A stretch of DNA of 53,489 nucleotides from Patescibacteria group bacterium (GCA_038056025.1 JBBUGO010000005.1:1-53489); one strand, 5' to 3'; shown: positions 35,201 through 42,807, numbered from the stretch's first letter. A program made the numbers and translations. Notes: generated by a model not told the origin, from the sequence alone.

Positions 35201-35320
35201 ATGGTGCCATTCGTGATCATAGGTCTCGTCACGGCTGGGATCCTCGCTACCATCTACGGCGGAACCTGGGCCGTCATGAGATGGCTCGATCGATGCGAAG
35301 CTCGTGAAAAGGAGGAGTAA
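35201..35320 (+). CDS. Small hydrophobic peptide (39 aa)
   Basis: MVPFVIIGLVTAGILATIYGGTWAVMRWLDRCEAREKEE. AAGGAGG lies 5 nt upstream. It is in frame with the tail of the spurious track ORF 34892..35320. Confidence 0.55.
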   Translation: MVPFVIIGLVTAGILATIYGGTWAVMRWLDRCEAREKEE

Positions 35321-35475
35321 TGGAAGTAGTTCTCTTGTCCATCGTGGTCACTATCGTAGTGGGGATCGCCAACCCTCCGATCCCCCACAGGATCACGATG
35401 AAGATCTGCAAGTTCCTCGACGCATGCGCCCCGCGCGTCCAGGTCAAGGAGGGCCTCCCCCCGTCAAAGCACTGA
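35320..35475 (+). CDS. Small hydrophobic peptide (51 aa), translationally coupled
   Basis: MEVVLLSIVVTIVVGIANPPIPHRITMKICKFLDACAPRVQVKEGLPPSKH. It has a TAATG stop/start overlap, AAGGAGG 4 nt upstream, and its stop codon lies inside the terminator stem. Confidence 0.5.
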   Translation: MEVVLLSIVVTIVVGIANPPIPHRITMKICKFLDACAPRVQVKEGLPPSKH

Positions 35476-35492
35476 CGGGGGTCGTACTTTTT
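35458..35492 (+). terminator. Rho-independent terminator
   Basis: CCCCCGTCA-aagcac-TGACGGGGG followed by TCGTACTTTTT. Confidence 0.75.
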
Positions 35493-35889
35493 ATGCGATG
35501 TTTACCTTGTGTTTTATCGCGTGGGTGACGGTCAGTGTTTGCTGACCCGCAAACACTCCGTCCAGCGTGAGGTTCACATGATACCGTCCGGGCTTGGTAA
35601 ATGAAAGATTTTCAAAATGCGCAATGACTTGAAAGTTGTTGGTAGTTACTTTTGTGGGGAGCGACGAGCGGACAATCTCCTGATTGTCGTGATCCGTAAT
35701 TCTCGTCTCTAACGTATGCGCGCCAAGTGTGTCAACGTCAAAGTTTACCACCAAATCAAATCGCGGATAGGTAAATGGAAATCTGTCACTCGTAATATTA
35801 TTGAACACCCCGATAAGGTTGAGGTTACCTGACCCCGCAGTTAGAAATGCCTGCTCGCACGCAAGAATAAAGTTGGTTTTAATAGTCAT
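35491..35889 (-). CDS. Hypothetical protein (132 aa), probably beta-sandwich
   Basis: Clean ORF with host-like composition and no SD. No motif recognised. Confidence 0.55.
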   Translation of the reverse strand: MTIKTNFILACEQAFLTAGSGNLNLIGVFNNITSDRFPFTYPRFDLVVNFDVDTLGAHTLETRITDHDNQEIVRSSLPTKVTTNNFQVIAHFENLSFTKPGRYHVNLTLDGVFAGQQTLTVTHAIKHKVNIA

Positions 35890-35902
35890 GAGTTACAGAG
35901 AA

Positions 35903-36034
35903 TTTATTATAATACCCCCTACGCAGGCAACACGGAGGAGCGATGGCATGGTTTCAGCAGAACATCGCACCGAGTATTAGCGCGCCTTGTCGCTGGACAA
36001 GACGACGCGGCCTGTCTGGGGATATTATAATAAA
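35903..36034 (+). repeat. Family B repeat, copy B3 (different outer stem)
   Basis: The core CCCTACGCAGG...CGGCCTGTCTGGG is flanked by TTTATTATAATA / TATTATAATAAA instead of GTGTCATTGTT / AACAATGACAC. Confidence 0.8.
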
Positions 36035-36036
36035 TT

Positions 36037-37707
36037 CTAAGTTACCGTTGCCCTAATCCTCCGTACTCCTGCTGATACTGCCTCTTCTTTGATAATCTTA
36101 AACTTCCCTATGTCGCGGGTACGCTCCACATGCGGGCCACCACAGAATTCTTTACTGAATGCGGTTTCCAGTGAATCTCCTACAAAATAGATATTCACTG
36201 GATCGGGATATTTCTCTTTAAAATAGAATAGGGCCCCCGTCTCCTCCGCCTCTGATCTTGGTTTCGTGACCTTCTGTACTGGCAAATCCTTACCGATAAC
36301 ATCGTTCACGATATCTTCGACATTCTTGATTTCACTCGCGGTAAGTTTGCGATCAAAGGTAAAATCGAAGCGTGTGCGCTCCACCGTGATATCAGAACCG
36401 GCCTGATGCACGCTCTCTCCCAATACATTTCGCAACGCCTGGTGTAATAAATGTGTAGCCGTATGCAGCCGCGTAACTTTTTTTAATTCTTTCTCGTCTG
36501 CGGCCCTTAATTCCCCGGTGCTAAGCACTAACCCATGTCCGCCGAATTTCTTTTCAGCTCCCGCACGGGATTTTTCTTTATGCGCTAAAGCTGCCTCGTT
36601 ATACTCTTCGCGCAATTTATCAAAATTGAAGTCCAGCTTTTCATCTCTAATCAAATCCTCGGTTAATATGAATGGGAATCCAAAGCTCTCGTGTAAGTAG
36701 TAAGCATCTAACCCAGAAAATATATTCGTGTTCCAGCGTCGGCGAAACTCTCTTAGTCCCGCCTCAAGTGTTTTAAGAAATTTTTGTTTTTCTCCTTCAA
36801 ATATCGGTCCGAGGCGCGAGGCCGACAGTTTATTGACATACTCGAGAGTGACTACCCGACGAATCAATCGGCGCAGCACATATCCGCGGTCTTTATTGGA
36901 AGGCTGAAGACCCTCTGAAACTAGTGCTTCAATGGCACGAGCATGATCGGCGATAATTCGATCCGCGCGACTGGTGGGATGACCTGGAAATAAATCCGTC
37001 TCGTAGATATTCTTTTTCTTTTGTACCATCATTGCCAGCCGTTCCAAGCCCATCCCGGTATCGATGCCTTTGGTTTTTAGTGGAGTCAGTTTTTCGAGTA
37101 CTTGATCTCTTAACAATTCTTCTCGAGTCCCCTTGTAATAATATTCATTGAATACCAGATTCCATACCTCAATTCCGTCAATATAAAACTCCACTGTTGG
37201 GCCACACGGACCTTCGCTTCCGGTCGGCCCCCAAAAATTATCTTCAATACCTCCTTCATCTAATTTCTCCATCAACCAAGAATTATTCTCAATTATACCT
37301 TTTGACTCTATATCCCTACCTCCGGCCACTGGACCCCCATAATAAGTTATTGAAATTCGAGAATGATCGATTCTTAATTCATTAATTAAGAAGGTTGCAG
37401 CCCACTGAATCGCCTCTTTTTTCCAATACCCCCCGAAGCTGAAGTTCCCCAACATTTCAAAAAATGTGAGGTGGGATTCGTCGCCCACCTCATCGATGTC
37501 AGAGGTGCGGATACATTTTTGAATTGAAGCAATATTTTTCGCGGGAGCAAGCTCTGGGCTGGTATAGTATTTCTTGAACTGCTGCATACCGGCAGTCGTA
37601 AAAAGCACTGACGGATCGTCGGGCAATAACGATGAAGACGGCACCCATATGTGCCCCCTGGCTTCAAAAAATTTCTTAAACCGCTCCCGAATCTCTTGGT
37701 GTGTCAT
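36037..37707 (-). CDS. alaS: Alanyl-tRNA synthetase, short form (556 aa)
   Basis: FTTAGMQQFK, GIDTGMGLERL, RGYVLRRLIRR, and the editing-site motifs HTATHLLH and CGGPHV are present. The protein ends right after the editing domain. Confidence 0.9.
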   Translation of the reverse strand: MTHQEIRERFKKFFEARGHIWVPSSSLLPDDPSVLFTTAGMQQFKKYYTSPELAPAKNIASIQKCIRTSDIDEVGDESHLTFFEMLGNFSFGGYWKKEAIQWAATFLINELRIDHSRISITYYGGPVAGGRDIESKGIIENNSWLMEKLDEGGIEDNFWGPTGSEGPCGPTVEFYIDGIEVWNLVFNEYYYKGTREELLRDQVLEKLTPLKTKGIDTGMGLERLAMMVQKKKNIYETDLFPGHPTSRADRIIADHARAIEALVSEGLQPSNKDRGYVLRRLIRRVVTLEYVNKLSASRLGPIFEGEKQKFLKTLEAGLREFRRRWNTNIFSGLDAYYLHESFGFPFILTEDLIRDEKLDFNFDKLREEYNEAALAHKEKSRAGAEKKFGGHGLVLSTGELRAADEKELKKVTRLHTATHLLHQALRNVLGESVHQAGSDITVERTRFDFTFDRKLTASEIKNVEDIVNDVIGKDLPVQKVTKPRSEAEETGALFYFKEKYPDPVNIYFVGDSLETAFSKEFCGGPHVERTRDIGKFKIIKEEAVSAGVRRIRATVT

Positions 37708-37813
37708 CCTTTCATACTTTACCTAAAAAGACCCTTGAAAACAACGGGCTTGTTTGACGATGCTATTCTTTTGCGCCATGATATTGCATCGCTGCTCACC
37801 TTAAGGAGGAAAG

Positions 37814-38215
37814 GTGGAACAAGACAACCGGAAGAAGTTCGCTGCCGTTCGTGCGATACTCGTCGCGAGGCGTGCGATCATCATGGAGAGGGCGCATACC
37901 CTTCTCCATGAACTCCGCGAAAAGAATCCCTCCTGCGACGGCTTGAAGGACGGGTTCGATGATCCGCAGGTCTTGTTGATGATTGCTGGGCACGACAAGA
38001 TCGAACTCCGGCGCATCAACGAGGCACTCATGGCCATCGATCACGGCACAACGTACGGGACATGCAGGATGTGCGGTGGGCACATTTCCATCGCACGGCT
38101 CAAGGCAGTCCCGTTCGCGGAGAAGTGCCTGTCATGCAAGAAGGCCGAGGAGGAGGCCTTGGAGGTTCTCTTCATGACCCCCTTCGGGACCGCTAGCAGG
38201 AGGGTCACCGCTTAA
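37814..38215 (+). CDS. DksA/TraR-family C4 zinc-finger protein (133 aa), SD-led cassette gene
   Basis: GTG start with AAGGAGG 4 nt upstream. CRMCGGHISIARLKAVPFAEKCLSCK provides C-x2-C-x17-C-x2-C after a coiled-coil-like region. Confidence 0.7.
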   Translation: MEQDNRKKFAAVRAILVARRAIIMERAHTLLHELREKNPSCDGLKDGFDDPQVLLMIAGHDKIELRRINEALMAIDHGTTYGTCRMCGGHISIARLKAVPFAEKCLSCKKAEEEALEVLFMTPFGTASRRVTA

Positions 38216-38245
38216 GAAAAACCCTCTCGGAGGAATTAAAACGAA

Positions 38246-38288
38246 AAAGGCCGCCCGCGCCACGCGCAGACGGCCTTTCCCTTTTGTA
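38246..38288. terminator. Bidirectional stem-loop between convergent genes
   Basis: AAAGGCCG-cccgcgccacgcgcaga-CGGCCTTT followed by CCCTTTTG. Confidence 0.65.
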
Positions 38289-38289
38289 A

Positions 38290-38667
38290 TTATTTCTCAA
38301 GCCGGAAACGAGAGCCGTTGATATCAACACGATAGAAGTACTCCATACCCCCTATAGTAATCTTCGCTCGATAACCGGGCGTGATGACTTGTGTACACAA
38401 CTCGCCAGCAAACGGCAGACCAAGACAACCATCAGGCCACTGTTTTTCTTCAATATTTGAGACAGCGATCGCGTCAGCCGCTAGCCCTGTCTTGCCTGCT
38501 AAAAATACCTGAAGTGCGCGTATAGCACTTGCCGAAGTGCCACTTGATGTGGCGTTCGGTGACGCGCTCGGCGTTGCACTAGGGTTTCCGTTGTCACTTA
38601 TCGTAAAACTATAGATAACCCCCAACGCTACAAGAACTATGAGGCCTGTGATGATGTTTCGTTGCAT
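38290..38667 (-). CDS. Secreted/anchored hypothetical protein (125 aa)
   Basis: N-terminal hydrophobic helix, S/T/P-rich linker, and a Cys pair (DGCLGLPFAGELC). Confidence 0.6.
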   Translation of the reverse strand: MQRNIITGLIVLVALGVIYSFTISDNGNPSATPSASPNATSSGTSASAIRALQVFLAGKTGLAADAIAVSNIEEKQWPDGCLGLPFAGELCTQVITPGYRAKITIGGMEYFYRVDINGSRFRLEK

Positions 38668-38717
38668 ATATTCCTAGTGTACCTCCTCTCTATAAAAAGT
38701 AAATCACCGTATCCCTA

Positions 38718-38779
38718 ATGGGGGGCTAGAGGCCTGCCTGCGCAGGCAGGGAATCGGTCACAGTATGGGGGGCTAGAGG
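38718..38779. repeat. 15-nt direct duplication of the tRNA-His 3' end flanking an 18-nt palindrome
   Basis: ATGGGGGGCTAGAGG occurs at 38718-38732 and again at 38765-38779. CCTGCCTGCGCAGGCAGG lies between them at 38733-38750. Confidence 0.8.
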
Positions 38780-38840
38780 GAATCGAACCCTCGATCGCGC
38801 TGCCACAGAGCGCTGTGATAACCTCTTCACCATAGCCCCC
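38767..38840 (-). tRNA. tRNA-His (anticodon GTG) with a genome-encoded G-1
   Basis: Hand-folded cloverleaf. The acceptor is G(-1)GGGGCTA/TAGCCCC+C73. The D-stem is GTGA/TCAC. The anticodon stem GCGCT/AGCGC carries the loop CTGTGGC. The T-arm is GAGGGTTCGATTCCCTC. Confidence 0.88.
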
Positions 38841-38920
38841 ATAACCAGACGTTATTATACCAGAAAATGACGAGATTTCAAATATTCTTCTCATCTTTGC
38901 TCTACGCTATCTGCCTTCCC

Positions 38921-39730
38921 CTACGGCTGGAGAACCTCTTCCGTGTTACCCTCGCGAGAGATGATAACTTCTTTTACATTGGAGAATTGTTTCAACGTCT
39001 GTGCGATCTGCGCGCGAATTGCCGATACGCGGCATGATCCGCCGATACCGCTGTCGAGTGCATAGTTAAAATCAATCCGCGCAACGCCGTCGGAGATAAC
39101 CAGAGAATTGATTGCCACACGTTCGGGAAGCGCGGTGACATATTTGGCGTTTTTCTCCACGGGTGTGATCCCGCGTAAAAGTTCGGAGACGGCAACAAAT
39201 GCCACTTCTTTGGTTTTGGGCACGATTCGCTCCACGGGAAATACCTGCGTACATGTTTGCTGGGGATCCATCGTGTCGTTCAGGAAATACGCTTGTACTT
39301 TGGTAGTATCGTCGTTTGCCATCTGTACCGGCACGCGGACAAGATTGGTTACCGCCCCGTCTTTTGCGGAATATTCAAATACCTCGAGGGTAAGCTGGGC
39401 TGTTGGATTGGGCGGAATGGCAATTTTAAAGTCGAATGTGCCGTATTTTGGATATTCAAAACCCTTCAACATCGCATTGTTTTCGTACAGAATCTTTCCG
39501 TTGGCATCTCGCAGGCGATAACTAAACGTGCTTTCAAACGCCATTCCCTCGCCCGTCACACGGATAGGGTTCGTTACCGTGGCATTGGGCTTTGGTGAGT
39601 GAACAATGAGATTCGGACGCGGTGATGGAGTCGTCCCCGGAACGTCACTAGTAACGTACACCTTTTGAAACGCAATAACAGCCCCCGCGATGAGGAGCAG
39701 TACTACGAAACCTAAAATAATCTGTTTCAT
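38921..39730 (-). CDS. Secreted protein with an Ig-like (Gmad2-type) domain and a GerMN domain
   Basis: Signal/anchor helix. The C-terminal half (VQAYFLND...ELLRG...ALPERVAINSLVISDGVARIDFN...) matches the GerMN pattern from memory. Confidence 0.6.
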   Translation of the reverse strand: MKQIILGFVVLLLIAGAVIAFQKVYVTSDVPGTTPSPRPNLIVHSPKPNATVTNPIRVTGEGMAFESTFSYRLRDANGKILYENNAMLKGFEYPKYGTFDFKIAIPPNPTAQLTLEVFEYSAKDGAVTNLVRVPVQMANDDTTKVQAYFLNDTMDPQQTCTQVFPVERIVPKTKEVAFVAVSELLRGITPVEKNAKYVTALPERVAINSLVISDGVARIDFNYALDSGIGGSCRVSAIRAQIAQTLKQFSNVKEVIISREGNTEEVLQP

Positions 39731-39795
39731 AATCGGAGTATACTATAGCTTTACGAAATGACAATTTTTCAGTAAAATAGATTTGATTGCGAAGC

Positions 39796-39867
39796 CCCCT
39801 CGTAGTTCAATGGATAGAACAGCGCTCTTCTAAGGCGTTGATGTGGGTTCGATTCCTACCGAGGGGA
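39796..39867 (+). tRNA. tRNA-Arg (anticodon TCT)
   Basis: The acceptor is CCCCTCG/CGAGGGG (C1-G72). The D-arm is GTTC-AATGGATA-GAAC. The anticodon loop is CTTCTAA. The T-arm is GTGGGTTCGATTCCTAC. A73 is present and CCA is not encoded. Confidence 0.85.
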
Positions 39868-39868
39868 C

Positions 39869-39939
39869 CGGGCTGGCGTATGATGGTGGTACGCGTGGTT
39901 TGGGACCACGTAGACTGGGTTCGATTCCCAGCAGCCCGA
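39869..39939 (+). tRNA. tRNA-Pro (anticodon TGG)
   Basis: The acceptor is CGGGCTG/CAGCCCG (C1-G72, typical for bacterial tRNA-Pro). The anticodon stem CGTGG/CCACG carries the loop TTTGGGA. The T-arm is CTGGGTTCGATTCCCAG. Position 8 is G, which is atypical. Confidence 0.8.
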
Positions 39940-39997
39940 CTGACGAGCGAAGGCGAGGAAGTACTGAGCGCAGCAGCGCGAATGTGCAGATTGAATC

Positions 39998-40071
39998 GCG
40001 GGATTGGTATATCGGTATTACGCCACCCTTCCAAGGTGGAGAGAGGGGTTCAATTCCCCTATCCCGCTCCA
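39998..40071 (+). tRNA. tRNA-Gly (anticodon TCC), CCA encoded
   Basis: The acceptor is GCGGGAT/ATCCCGC. The anticodon stem CCACC/GGTGG carries the loop CTTCCAA. The T-arm is AGGGGTTCAATTCCCCT. U73 and CCA follow. Confidence 0.9.
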
Positions 40072-40072
40072 G

Positions 40073-40106
40073 AATCTAAAAACCCCCGCGCGGGGGATTT
40101 TAGATT
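40073..40106. terminator. Bidirectional terminator (tRNA cluster / hup)
   Basis: AATCTAAAAACCCCC-gcgc-GGGGGATTTTAGATT, a 15-bp stem with one mismatch. Confidence 0.8.
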
Positions 40107-40124
40107 AACATCGATGTTACAGAA

Positions 40125-40406
40125 CTACAGCACTGCCTCCTTCAAGACCTTGGCTGGGGTGAAGCGGACTTTCTTAGAGGCCTTGATTTGGATGGTTTCG
40201 CCGGTTCGGGGGTTGCGACCTTCACGTGCCGGACGATTAGCAACCTTAAAGATGCCAAAACCGCTTAAATTGACCTTGTCCCCCTTGCGGAGATGACTCG
40301 TCATCAATTCAATGAAGTTTTCCAGCCACATTTCGCCGTCCTTTTTTGATACACCGGCCTTTTCAGCCAATGATTGGGCGACTTGCTTCTTTTTCATTAC
40401 TTCCAT
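40125..40406 (-). CDS. hup: HU-family DNA-binding protein
   Basis: GFGIFKVANRPAREGRNPRTGETIQIKASKKVRFTPAKVLKEAV. It is the only core gene here with an SD-like GGGGGTG upstream of its start. Confidence 0.9.
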   Translation of the reverse strand: MEVMKKKQVAQSLAEKAGVSKKDGEMWLENFIELMTSHLRKGDKVNLSGFGIFKVANRPAREGRNPRTGETIQIKASKKVRFTPAKVLKEAVL

Positions 40407-40513
40407 ACTCGCACCCCCTTTCCTTGGATTCCGTTTTTCATAACGCGTCTATTGTTAAGCTTTTCCTTGTTTTTTACAAGAGGGGGTGTGGAAAACCAAG
40501 GAAATACGCAAAT

Positions 40514-40543
40514 TTGACTTTTAGGCAAATAAACCTCTATTAT
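40514..40543 (+). promoter_or_regulatory. Putative sigma-70 promoter of the 40562 cassette
   Basis: TTGACT (40514-40519), an 18-nt spacer, then TATTAT (40538-40543), followed by AGGAGGG. Confidence 0.5.
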
Positions 40544-40561
40544 TCAATCAGGAGGGAAGCT

Positions 40562-40930
40562 GTGGAGATTTTTCTTCTTACGCTCTCGCAATTCGATGTG
40601 GGTTTCGACGAAATATACAGGTATGTCGTTATGGCAAGTGACGTTAAGCAAGCGAGGAGACTGTGTAGTAAGCGTGCTCGTGAGGACTATCTCAAAAAAT
40701 TTTGGATAGATCCCAAGCACTCAACGTGCAGAAGACTCGGTACTCCCGCTAGTTTCGGTAAACGAGCCAGAATCATTAGTACCGCACGTACAGCCCCGCC
40801 CATTTCGTCTGTGACCACCTACTACGAGTATCCAGCCGTGGTGCGCGAGGGCAACGGATGGGCATATCCAGGTCTAAGATTCGTGAGGTCAACTCCCTGG
40901 GATGGGATGCACTTCCGGAGGCGTGACTAG
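40562..40930 (+). CDS. Hypothetical protein (122 aa), SD-led cassette gene
   Basis: GTG start with AGGAGGG 5 nt upstream, in frame with track ORF 40346..40930. A strong terminator follows. No motif recognised. Confidence 0.5.
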   Translation: MEIFLLTLSQFDVGFDEIYRYVVMASDVKQARRLCSKRAREDYLKKFWIDPKHSTCRRLGTPASFGKRARIISTARTAPPISSVTTYYEYPAVVREGNGWAYPGLRFVRSTPWDGMHFRRRD

Positions 40931-40959
40931 GGCGAGACTTCGGTCTCGCCTTTCGCTTT
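40931..40959 (+). terminator. Rho-independent terminator
   Basis: GGCGAGAC-ttcg-GTCTCGCC followed by TTTCGCTTT. Confidence 0.8.
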
Positions 40960-40983
40960 ATATACAACCAACTAATGTGCGTC

Positions 40984-41102
40984 AGCGACCGTAATCAGTC
41001 CCCGAAAAGGATTTTCGGAGTCCCGAAGAGGGACGAGAAGAAGGCGGCCCATCAGTAAGGATGGGAACGTCGTGCCTTTTCGGGGACTGATAAGGGAGCG
41101 AT
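40984..41102 (-). repeat. Family A structured repeat, copy A4 (inverted relative to A1)
   Basis: Its reverse complement differs from A1 at only about 3 positions over about 119 nt. It lies 3 nt downstream of the rny stop, in the sense orientation relative to rny. Confidence 0.9.
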
Positions 41103-41105
41103 GAC

Positions 41106-42638
41106 TTACCGCGCGTACTCTATCGCCCTCGTCTCCCGAATAACATTTACCTTAATTTCCCCAGGATACTTCATTTCCGATTCGATTTTCTTCGCCACGT
41201 CCCGCGCCAACTGCAGAGCCGCCAGATCATCTATCTTCGACGGGGTCACGAAAATGCGCATCTCACGTCCGGCTTGAATAGCATATGACTTCTCCACTCC
41301 TTCAAACGAGTTAGCAATCCGCTCCAAGTCCTCCAAGCGCTTCAGGTAAATCTCAACCGTATCTCGCCGCGCGCCGGGGCGAGCGCCAGAAATGGCGTCC
41401 GCCGCCTGCACAATGCGCGATTCGAGTGTGGAATACGGATATTCCTCATGGTGCGACTCCATGGCACGGATAATCTTTTCATCAATGCCAAACTTTGCGA
41501 GAATCTTTCGCCCAATTTCAACGTGCGTCCCCTGTACTTCGTGATCTACGGCCTTTCCGATGTCATGAAAGAGGGCGCCCTTCTTGGCTACCATCACATC
41601 AGCGCCAATTTCTGCGGCAAGCATGGCAGATACATGGGCCATTTCGGTGGAGTGTACCAGAACGTTTTGGCCGAAACTGGTACGAAACGCCAAACGGCCG
41701 AGCAAATAGACAAGTTTGGGGTCTACCATGCCGACACCGGTTTCAAATAGTGCTGCCTCCCCTGCTTCTTTAATTTTAATGTTGATTTCGTCCTTTGCTT
41801 TTTCCACCATTTCTTCGATCCGTGTGGGGTGAATGCGCCCATCGGCAATCAGTTTTTCAAGCGCCAGACGCGCGATTTGCCGACGAACCGGGTCAAAGCC
41901 GGAAATAACCAGTGTGTTGGGCGTGTCATCAATAATAAAGTCGACGCCGGTGAGCCGTTCGATTGTTTTAATGTTGCGGCCTTCTTTACCGATAATTTTC
42001 CCCTTCAGTTCATCGGAGGGCAAACTAACTACGGTAGTGGTCGCATCAGCGATATGCGAACCAGCATATCGCTGTATAGACATGGTAAGAATTTCTCGAG
42101 CCTTTTTATCAATCTCGTCTTTATTCTCGAGGTCGAGCTTTTTCATCTTTTGATAGAGGTCGTCCCGATACTCTTCCTCTATCTTTTTCATGAGCTCGCT
42201 TTTCGCATCTTCGCGGCGCAGACCGGTGATGCGCTCAAGCTGTCCAAGTTCTTTCTGGATAACTTCAGCAAGCTCCGCCTGGCTCACTGAAAGCTTCTCG
42301 CTTTTCACCTTTAACTCCCCCTGCTGACTTTCGAGGTCTTTGCGCTTTGTGTCAAGATCCTCTTCTTTCCTTGTCAGTAAACTCTCGATTTTTGCAACTT
42401 GTGTATAGCGCTCTTTCTCTTCTTTCTTTGCATCTTCAAGAATCTCGAGAGCGGTGTTCTTTGCCTCAAGGAGAATGTCCTGCGCTTTCGATTTCGATTC
42501 GTTGACGAGTGCCTGTGCGCGCTCTTCTGCTTTGACGATGCGTCTACTGGCGAGAATCTTGCGAGTAAAATATCCTGCAATGCCGCCAACCAAAAGTGCT
42601 AAAAGTGCCGCGACTTGCGGTTCGAATATAACAGACAT
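41106..42638 (-). CDS. rny: Ribonuclease Y
   Basis: N-terminal TM helix, coiled coil, KH domain (GKIIGKEGRNIKTIERLTGV) and HD domain (LFHDIGKAVDHE). Confidence 0.95.
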   Translation of the reverse strand: MSVIFEPQVAALLALLVGGIAGYFTRKILASRRIVKAEERAQALVNESKSKAQDILLEAKNTALEILEDAKKEEKERYTQVAKIESLLTRKEEDLDTKRKDLESQQGELKVKSEKLSVSQAELAEVIQKELGQLERITGLRREDAKSELMKKIEEEYRDDLYQKMKKLDLENKDEIDKKAREILTMSIQRYAGSHIADATTTVVSLPSDELKGKIIGKEGRNIKTIERLTGVDFIIDDTPNTLVISGFDPVRRQIARLALEKLIADGRIHPTRIEEMVEKAKDEINIKIKEAGEAALFETGVGMVDPKLVYLLGRLAFRTSFGQNVLVHSTEMAHVSAMLAAEIGADVMVAKKGALFHDIGKAVDHEVQGTHVEIGRKILAKFGIDEKIIRAMESHHEEYPYSTLESRIVQAADAISGARPGARRDTVEIYLKRLEDLERIANSFEGVEKSYAIQAGREMRIFVTPSKIDDLAALQLARDVAKKIESEMKYPGEIKVNVIRETRAIEYAR

Positions 42639-42746
42639 GGTTAATAATAAGTAAGTGCATGGCTAGCGCTTCCGCCCGGGGCGGACATCGTTAGTAATCA
42701 CCGACAACGTTATGTGGCTACTATACCACCTTTTATAGAAATAGAA

Positions 42747-42775
42747 AGCCCGGGCTCTGAAACGAAGAGCCCGGG
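42747..42775 (-). terminator. Terminator of the small cassette upstream of rny
   Basis: GCCCGGGCTCT-gaaacga-AGAGCCCGGGC. On the minus strand it is followed by a T-rich run. Confidence 0.75.
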
Positions 42776-42807
42776 CCTGCGTCAGGATCCTAACGAACTG
42801 CGCGTCG

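Noticed and set aside
35304-35528. The 74-aa plus-strand ORF in the ORF track (MKRRSNGSS...).
   Set aside because: It is out of frame with two better-supported small ORFs that each have a perfect SD. It runs straight through the terminator hairpin. Its composition is Arg/Pro/Gly-rich shadow sequence.
39940-39997. CTGACGAGCGAAGGCGAGGAAG in the tRNA-Pro/tRNA-Gly spacer, considered as a CUGANGA ribozyme core or an extra tRNA.
   Set aside because: There is no GAAA box in the right register. Stem II would be 2 bp. No cloverleaf can be drawn. I treat it as plain spacer.
39787-40296. The 169-aa plus-strand ORF spanning the tRNA cluster.
   Set aside because: It reads through three tRNA genes, a terminator and the antisense of hup, so it is an artefact of stop-poor structured sequence.
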